Shown here: one piece after another, positions 57,913 through 64,000 of the stretch | How the letters are laid out: every line of letters begins with the position of its first letter | Position numbering within the stretch: position 1 is the stretch's first letter | Source: Marine Group II euryarchaeote MED-G38 | GTDB taxonomy: Archaea; Thermoplasmatota; Poseidoniia; Poseidoniales; Thalassarchaeaceae | DNA: 64,000 nt | Direction of reading: 5' to 3' | Assembly: GCA_002457145.1 (NCBI GenBank) | Contig: NTJP01000001.1 | Span: 32,722 to 96,721, forward strand | Program-made: the position numbers and the translations under genes | Notes under the pieces: generated by a model | Told to the model about the DNA's origin: nothing | The model's database searches: none | The model's input: only the letters and a program-made list of their open reading frames with translations

Positions 57913-59913
57913 ATGGAACATCCACTTTTAATTAACTATGGCCCAGTTCCAGGATGGGTCATTTTAATCATCTTAGGAGGGCTATCATCTAGTTTTTTCT
58001 TGTTTCAGTTAAATAAAGCTATACGTTTAGTCATGCTTGGATCATCAGATGATAGATTTGATTCATGGGGAGTCAGAATAAAAGAAGTAATGATAGGATG
58101 GTTAGGGCAAAAAAAAGTACTAAGAGACAGAGTGGCAGGAACGATGCACGTATTGATGTTTTGGGGTTTTTTAATGCTAGCATCGGATATGCTTGATCTC
58201 GCAACTGCCAATTTCTTTTCAGATAATATATTACCAGAATTATTTATTGGACCCTGGAATGGAGTAGTTGAATTAGGATATTTACTAGCACTAATTGGGG
58301 CTTCTGCAGCACTAATTAGGAGAGTAGTTTTTACGCCTAAAAAACTCAAGGGAAAATCTCAACTAGAAGGTAATTTTATTTTAATTTTAATATTGACCAT
58401 TACGACAACATCCTTTATAATAGAATCAAAAGAAAATCCTATATCTTGGGAACCAATTGGAGTTTGGGTCGAATCATTAGGCCTTTCAGATTCCTTTGCT
58501 ATAGCATCATATTGGGCCCACATGCTTGCAATTTTTACATTTTTAATTTTGATTCCACTTTCAAAACATATGCATTTAGTAATGGCATTTCCGAATGTTT
58601 TTTTCCATGATTTAGAACCAATGGGTAAAATGCGTCCTTTGGCTTTAGACGAAAGCGGTAAAGCAGTCCCTCTAGATGATTTAGATATCGATTCCTTTGG
58701 AGTTAGCTCTTATGGCCAGTACACATGGCGTCAATTAATAGATGGCTGGTCCTGTACTTCATGTGCTAGATGTCAAGATGTTTGTCCCGCATATGCCTCC
58801 GGTAAAAGCCTGAATCCAATGCAGATTATCCATGACGTAAGGGATTACGCAAATGAGAATGCACCAATATTGCTTAGCGGTGGACAACCAGAAGAGACAA
58901 TGATGCAACGTATTACCGAAGATGCTGTTTGGGCATGTACTACTTGCAACGCTTGTGTGGATGTTTGCCCATTATACATAGAACATGTACCAAAACTTAC
59001 AGATTTAAGACGCAATGCAGTTATGGAGACTATGGAGTACCCTGAAGTACTCAATGTTGCAATGGGCAATCTTGAAGCGGCATCTAATCCATATGGTTTC
59101 GGAAGCCATGAAAGGGCAGATTGGGCTGCTGATCTAGACGTTAAAGTAGGCCAACCTGCAGAGTATATTTATTTTGTTGGTTGCGCTGCTAGCTTCGATG
59201 AAAGAAATCAAAAAGTTGCTCGGGCAACAATTTCTTTGATGAAACAAGCAGGTCTTGATGTAGGGATACTTGGTATGCAAGAAGGATGCTCTGGAGACCC
59301 AGCTAGAAGAGCTGGAAATGAATATTTATTTCAAATGTTGGCAGAAACAAATATTTCTACATTTCAAGAGTTAGGAGTGAAAAGAATAGTTGCATCATGC
59401 CCTCACTGTTTCCATACATTAGGAAAAGAATATAGCGATTATGGGGCTGATGAATTAGAAGTCTTCCATCATACCGAAATAATGGCAAAATTACAAGATG
59501 AAGGAAAATTACCTGAACTTGATAAAAACGGAAAAAGCATAACATATCATGATCCCTGTTATCTTGGCAGAATGGGCGATATTGTCGAAGAGCCAAGGGC
59601 AGTGTTGGGTGGTGTTGATGTGGAAGTTGAAAGACATGGCAAAGACTCTTTCTGTTGTGGTGCTGGAGGTGCACAAATGTGGATGGAAGAAGATTCAGAT
59701 AAGAGAGTTAACAAAATTAGGGCTGAAGAAATAGCTGCAACAGGTTGCGATACAGTTGCTATAGGGTGTCCATTCTGTTCAATCATGGTAAAGGATGGCT
59801 TAGATTCAGTAGGTTCCGAAATGGACGTTAAGGATATAGCAGAATTACTTTGGGAGCAAATAGTTTCCAAAGATGAAGAAATACAAAAAGCATCGATATC
59901 AATACAGGAGTAG
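57913..59913 (+). CDS. Membrane-anchored Fe-S oxidoreductase: N-terminal multi-TM domain, 2x[4Fe-4S] ferredoxin and two CCG (HdrD/GlpC-like) domains, with EtfD/DsrMK-like architecture
   Basis: CTSCARCQDVCP and CTTCNACVDVCP motifs. CCG motifs are VGCAASF, SCPHC, DPCY and FCCGAGG. The track start is TTG, and the ATG at 57913 lies 8 nt after GAGGGG. Confidence 0.85.
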   Translation: MEHPLLINYGPVPGWVILIILGGLSSSFFLFQLNKAIRLVMLGSSDDRFDSWGVRIKEVMIGWLGQKKVLRDRVAGTMHVLMFWGFLMLASDMLDLATANFFSDNILPELFIGPWNGVVELGYLLALIGASAALIRRVVFTPKKLKGKSQLEGNFILILILTITTTSFIIESKENPISWEPIGVWVESLGLSDSFAIASYWAHMLAIFTFLILIPLSKHMHLVMAFPNVFFHDLEPMGKMRPLALDESGKAVPLDDLDIDSFGVSSYGQYTWRQLIDGWSCTSCARCQDVCPAYASGKSLNPMQIIHDVRDYANENAPILLSGGQPEETMMQRITEDAVWACTTCNACVDVCPLYIEHVPKLTDLRRNAVMETMEYPEVLNVAMGNLEAASNPYGFGSHERADWAADLDVKVGQPAEYIYFVGCAASFDERNQKVARATISLMKQAGLDVGILGMQEGCSGDPARRAGNEYLFQMLAETNISTFQELGVKRIVASCPHCFHTLGKEYSDYGADELEVFHHTEIMAKLQDEGKLPELDKNGKSITYHDPCYLGRMGDIVEEPRAVLGGVDVEVERHGKDSFCCGAGGAQMWMEEDSDKRVNKIRAEEIAATGCDTVAIGCPFCSIMVKDGLDSVGSEMDVKDIAELLWEQIVSKDEEIQKASISIQE

Positions 59914-59943
59914 CATCTTAAACTCGAGGCTCTTCGAAATAAT

Positions 59944-60342
59944 ATGGATAATGAATTTAAATTTTTAAATCAGAGTATGCCAAAATTAACAATGATTGTC
60001 GGCTCATTACTCATACTTGAAGGGGTATCGTTTTATTTAGGCACAGGTATGACTAGCGTGACTTCATTAATACCATCATTTTTTGGTATACCATTGTTAT
60101 TTCTGGGATATATGGCTAAGATTCAGCCGGAAAATAATCATAAATGGATGCATGCAGCAGTTAGTGTAGGCCTTTTGACCTTTCTCGGAGGAGGAATGGC
60201 GATAAAGGGAGTGATCGATTCTGACTTCTCTGCCTCTACTTTGGCGCAATTAATTATGTTAATTGTCGGCGGAGTATTCACTTATTCTTGTATACAATCT
60301 TTTATTTACACAAGGAAAATGAGAGAAGCCAATGAGAATTAA
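59944..60342 (+). CDS. Hypothetical four-TM membrane protein
   Basis: 132 aa, hydrophobic, 30 nt after the Fe-S oxidoreductase gene. Confidence 0.55.
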   Translation: MDNEFKFLNQSMPKLTMIVGSLLILEGVSFYLGTGMTSVTSLIPSFFGIPLLFLGYMAKIQPENNHKWMHAAVSVGLLTFLGGGMAIKGVIDSDFSASTLAQLIMLIVGGVFTYSCIQSFIYTRKMREANEN

Positions 60343-60403
60343 ATTACAATTATAAATCTCAGATTTGTATTCTTTTTTATTAAACTATTCAATAAATCGC
60401 ATT

Positions 60404-60760
60404 TTAATCCGAAGTAACATAAGAAGATGCTAGATAGATGCCTATTCCATATGCTAAAACAGTCATAGAAATTCCCACCATCATAGAATTTTCAAAAGAC
60501 CATCCTTTACGAAGTAAATACGGAAGTAGTATGAATAATAATGTTGAAGGTAAAATTAACCATAATATGCTTTCGGCGAAGTCAGCAACTTGTGCAGTAT
60601 CTTTAGTATCTTCATATAACCATGTTAATGATAATATACTAACTAAGGGGATAGAGGCCAATAATGCACCAAAAACTGCTGATTTTTTTGCAACTTCACT
60701 CACAATTACTACTATAGCCCCACTAAAAAATCCCTTTGTCACTAAATTAAACCATTCCAT
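60404..60760 (-). CDS. Small membrane protein, DUF3147-like
   Basis: FFSGAIVVIVSEVAKKSAVFGALLASIPLVS pattern. The track start at 60811 is TTG, and the ATG is at 60760. I preferred it over the overlapping plus-strand ORF 60438-60827, whose composition is not protein-like. Confidence 0.55.
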   Translation of the reverse strand: MEWFNLVTKGFFSGAIVVIVSEVAKKSAVFGALLASIPLVSILSLTWLYEDTKDTAQVADFAESILWLILPSTLLFILLPYLLRKGWSFENSMMVGISMTVLAYGIGIYLASSYVTSD

Positions 60761-60875
60761 AATAAATGAACTGATAGGTACTAACTCAAGTTTTCCCCTA
60801 AATGTGTCCAAAATTAATTATCCATAGAATATTTTCATTAATATAGCGAGAATTTAAGTTAGAAAACAATTTCAG

Positions 60876-61592
60876 ATGCACATGTGTCCTGAACTTGATA
60901 GGCCACTTATTGGAGTTACTTGTTGCATAAGGGAATCAAAATTTGCAAAATGGACTATGGATGCAGCAATTTTACCTTCAACATATACTTCTGCTATCGA
61001 GCGTGCAGGAGGAATTGCATTACTAATTCCTCCTTCAACTTTTTCAACCTCTGTCATGGATAAAATAAATGGAATAGTTATTGCAGGAGGCCCAGATATC
61101 AATCCTTCTGAGTATCATGAAGAACCATATACAAATACAGCTGTCTATTATCCTGAACAAGATGCTTCAGAGAGAGCTTTGATCCAAGAGGCATTAGATA
61201 GAAATATGCCAATGTTATGTGTATGTAGGGGGATGCAACTTTTGTCAGTAATCCATGGTGGCCATCTTCATCAACACTTGGATGATACTCTAGATTATGT
61301 AGGTCACGGAAGTTATGACGGCCAATCAAGTGAACATGTGGTAACTACGAATGAAGGTTCAAAAATTTATTCACTAATGGGCCCTAAAGTAACAGTAAAC
61401 TCTACACATCATCAAGGAGTATCAGATGCAGGTTCCTTAATAGTAACAGCTAATGCTGAACATGACGGCCTTATAGAGGCAGTTGAAAGGCCAGATTTGA
61501 AATTCTGCATGGGGGTTCAGTGGCATCCTGAGAGGATGGGAAAAAATCACGATATTTTATATTCCGAATTGGTCAAATCAGCACGACGTTGA
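60876..61592 (+). CDS. Gamma-glutamyl-GABA hydrolase-like class-I amidotransferase (peptidase C26, PuuD-like)
   Basis: CVCRGMQLL nucleophile and GVQWHPE motifs. Confidence 0.82.
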   Translation: MHMCPELDRPLIGVTCCIRESKFAKWTMDAAILPSTYTSAIERAGGIALLIPPSTFSTSVMDKINGIVIAGGPDINPSEYHEEPYTNTAVYYPEQDASERALIQEALDRNMPMLCVCRGMQLLSVIHGGHLHQHLDDTLDYVGHGSYDGQSSEHVVTTNEGSKIYSLMGPKVTVNSTHHQGVSDAGSLIVTANAEHDGLIEAVERPDLKFCMGVQWHPERMGKNHDILYSELVKSARR

Positions 61593-61621
61593 GATATATG
61601 GGTTATGGCAGGAATGAAAAT

Positions 61622-63058
61622 ATGGTTTTGAGAATATATGACACTCGCTCCCGTATTAAGAAAAAATTCATACCTATTGTAGAAGGTGAAGTTAGTATTT
61701 ACGTTTGTGGAATTACTCCATACTCTCCGAGCCATCTCGGTCACGCCCGGCAGGCTATTTCTTTTGATATAATCACAAGATGGTTTAGAAAATTAGGCTT
61801 CAATGTTATTTATATAACAAACTTTACAGATATAGATGATAAAATCATTAAAGTGGCTTTAGAAGAAAATGTAGATTTCAAAGAAATTTCAGATAGAAAT
61901 ATAGATAATTATTTTCAGGTTATGAGTGAATTGAATGTAATACGTGCAGATAAATATTCAAAAGTCACAGAAACAATTCCGGAAATAATTGATATGATTT
62001 CGGTATTGATAAACAAGAAACATGCATATCTTTCCGAAGATGGAGTATACTTCGAGATAGATACAGCACCAGAGAAATATGGTCAATTAACAGGACAAAC
62101 ACTTGAGATGGTCCGGTCGGGGGCAGGAGGAAGAGTTAGTGGAACAGGAGATGGAAAGCGCGATCATAGAGATTTCGCTCTTTGGAAAAATGCCAAAGAG
62201 GGAGAGCCATATTGGCCTAGTCCATGGGGCAATGGGAGACCAGGATGGCATATTGAATGTTCAGCAATGTCTTTGAAACACCTTGGAGAAACTTTTGATA
62301 TTCATGGAGGAGGAAGAGATTTGATGTTCCCTCATCATGAAGCGGAGATTTTTCAATCCGAATGCTGCTTAGGAAAAGAACACATCGTAAAGTATTGGTT
62401 GCACAATGGGATGATTAATGTAGATGGTGAAAAGATGAGTAAGTCATTAGGTAACTTTACAACGATTTCTGAAACCTTCGAATCTGTTGAACCCTTAGCA
62501 CTTAGATATGCTTTACTAAATGCTCCTTACAGACAGCCAATAGAATTTAATCAATCTATGTTAGAAGAATCTCAAATACATTATAATAAACTATTAAATA
62601 CATATTTGGAGGCATCTAAGATTACAACATCAGGAGTTTGGAATGAAAATAATTTTCTTAACTCCGCTACTGAAAGATTTTTTAAAGGTATGAATGATGA
62701 TTTTAATACTAGAATAGCATTTGTTGAGGTGCAATCTGTAGTCAAAAAACTCAATGAAGAAATTTCTAAAAATGATGAAATTACAAACATCCCGGCTTAT
62801 TTGGGGTGGTTAGATGAGTTTGCAGGCAACATTTTGGGACTTCTTCCACATAAAAATGTTCTAAACTCACTATCTAAAAAGTCAGATATAATGCGAAATA
62901 AATTATTATCAAGAGTTGAAGAACTACTAATGCTACGTCAGAAGGCTCGAGATGAGAAAGACTGGATTAAAGCCGATGAAATAAGAAATCAATTAAGCTC
63001 CATGAATGTTACAGTCGAAGACAGCTCTGAGGGTGTAAAATGGAAAATAGGAAAATAA
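61622..63058 (+). CDS. cysS: Cysteinyl-tRNA synthetase
   Basis: HLGHAR (HIGH) and KMSKS. The ATG at 61622 gives the canonical MVLRIYDTRSR. The track start at 61589 is TTG. Another in-frame ATG lies at 61598. Confidence 0.95.
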   Translation: MVLRIYDTRSRIKKKFIPIVEGEVSIYVCGITPYSPSHLGHARQAISFDIITRWFRKLGFNVIYITNFTDIDDKIIKVALEENVDFKEISDRNIDNYFQVMSELNVIRADKYSKVTETIPEIIDMISVLINKKHAYLSEDGVYFEIDTAPEKYGQLTGQTLEMVRSGAGGRVSGTGDGKRDHRDFALWKNAKEGEPYWPSPWGNGRPGWHIECSAMSLKHLGETFDIHGGGRDLMFPHHEAEIFQSECCLGKEHIVKYWLHNGMINVDGEKMSKSLGNFTTISETFESVEPLALRYALLNAPYRQPIEFNQSMLEESQIHYNKLLNTYLEASKITTSGVWNENNFLNSATERFFKGMNDDFNTRIAFVEVQSVVKKLNEEISKNDEITNIPAYLGWLDEFAGNILGLLPHKNVLNSLSKKSDIMRNKLLSRVEELLMLRQKARDEKDWIKADEIRNQLSSMNVTVEDSSEGVKWKIGK

Positions 63059-63059
63059 G

Positions 63060-63521
63060 TTAAGATTTAATATAATCAAAAACTTCTGAATATTTTGGCT
63101 CTATTCCAGGATTTTCTGCAATCCAAACATATCCGATTGAACCATCTTCTTCTATTACAAATATAGAACGCTGACTCGCTACGTATCCGGGTGCACCAAA
63201 ATTTTCAATATCGACTCCATATGCTTTTATTGCAGTTCTTTCAACATCACACAATAATGGGAATTTGATATTATTTTGTTCAGCAAATATCTTATTTGCA
63301 AATACATTATCAGCAGAGATTCCAAATATTATCGTATCTGATTCAGAAAGTTTCGTTAATGAATCAGAAAATGTACATATTTCAGTAGTACATACTCCAG
63401 TAAATGCAGCCGGATAAAATGCCAGAATGATTCTGTTCCCGGTGTGCTCACTAAGAGTTACCATTGATCTATCATATGCCATTAAAGTGAAATCAGGTGC
63501 TTTATCTCCTACATTTAACAT
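63060..63521 (-). CDS. Peroxiredoxin (AhpC/TSA-PrxQ family)
   Basis: FYPAAFTGVCTTE motif. Its stop lies 1 nt from the cysS stop. Confidence 0.88.
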   Translation of the reverse strand: MLNVGDKAPDFTLMAYDRSMVTLSEHTGNRIILAFYPAAFTGVCTTEICTFSDSLTKLSESDTIIFGISADNVFANKIFAEQNNIKFPLLCDVERTAIKAYGVDIENFGAPGYVASQRSIFVIEEDGSIGYVWIAENPGIEPKYSEVFDYIKS

Positions 63522-63642
63522 AGTTGTCGCAGATGGTCTTGCATTTCAATTATGTGTATGATAATTTATTATTCTAAAAATTAATAGTTTATTGAAACCT
63601 CAATTTAATCTAAAACGGACCAAAGATTATCTATTATTATAC

Positions 63643-64000
63643 ATGGGGGAGTTTATGGCTGATGATGCTGTCAACGCGTTGATACCTGTTGCAGCAGTAG
63701 TTCACATTGCTCTCGGAGTAATGGCATTAATACTAGTTCGAAGATCTCTTGAGAAAGAATGGAACGAAAGATTTGCGGGCTACTTAATCTCTTGGATGAT
63801 GATTGTTCTTGGATTGAAATATGCCTTTGCAACTATAATCGATTTAAAAATTGAAGATTTCACAGGTCAAGACTTCATTGAGGGTGCTTATACTGAAATA
63901 TACTACTCATCGTATAAGTATAGTGAGATGGCCATGGATTCAATTTTCTTGTGTCTTGCTTTTACTCTGCCTTTGGTATATCCTTATCCAATACTACAAA
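63643..64000 (+). CDS. Hypothetical membrane protein, truncated at its 3-prime end by the window edge
   Basis: Not in the ORF track because no stop is reached. My translation is MGEFMADDAVNALIPVAAVVHIALGVMALILVRR...AFTLPLVYPYPILQ, open to nt 64000, with hydrophobic helices. Confidence 0.5.
   Translation, partial: MGEFMADDAVNALIPVAAVVHIALGVMALILVRRSLEKEWNERFAGYLISWMMIVLGLKYAFATIIDLKIEDFTGQDFIEGAYTEIYYSSYKYSEMAMDSIFLCLAFTLPLVYPYPILQ

Noticed and set aside
60438-60827. 129-aa plus-strand ORF overlapping the minus-strand DUF3147-like gene.
   Set aside because: The minus-strand product is a coherent multi-TM protein. The plus-strand translation is Asn/Ser/Thr-rich with no structure-like pattern, so only one of the two can be real.
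1-64000. Scan for CRISPR arrays, rRNA, IS elements, toxin-antitoxin pairs and restriction-modification or other defence genes.
   Set aside because: No regularly spaced direct repeats were seen, and no non-coding stretch is longer than ~150 nt. No ORF shows transposase, integrase, nuclease-methylase or Cas-like motifs. The window reads as core genome.

Overview
AT-rich and very gene-dense: by hand tally about 95% is coding, with about 62 CDS and one tRNA. I found no rRNA, CRISPR array, transposase, integrase or recognisable defence genes. The gene content is archaeal: TATA-binding protein, thermosome, mevalonate kinase, Taw1, Bud32, SepF and an archaeal-type IleRS. There are also bacterial-like acquisitions (DnaK, H+-pyrophosphatase), many secreted hydrolases and two giant surface proteins. 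My inference, not a computed result, is a planktonic marine Thermoplasmatota lineage of the Marine Group II/III type. Most of the window is core housekeeping: pyrG, guaB, ileS, cysS, nadA, nadE, msrA, hppA, polX and nth. Several ORF-track starts are TTG/GTG extensions, so I re-set those to the first convincing ATG or SD-supported start and say so in the evidence. No complete novel system is proven here. The stretches most worth follow-up are: (1) sepF sitting 14 nt downstream of a ~1137-aa PKD-repeat surface protein with an acidic cytoplasmic tail, in a co-oriented run with tbp and mvk; (2) a Met-rich alpha-crystallin-like ORF SD-coupled to dnaK, with no grpE/dnaJ adjacent and divergent from the thermosome gene; (3) a tightly coupled polX / small membrane protein / nth / unknown / bcp / unknown operon, preceded by a GC-rich inverted repeat; (4) a TBP with a ~55-aa insertion in its second repeat; (5) an orphan retropepsin-like (DUF785) gene followed by a membrane protein and tandem YbjQ genes; (6) convergent genes whose stop codons abut throughout the window. 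All homology calls come from motifs read by eye, with no searches run.
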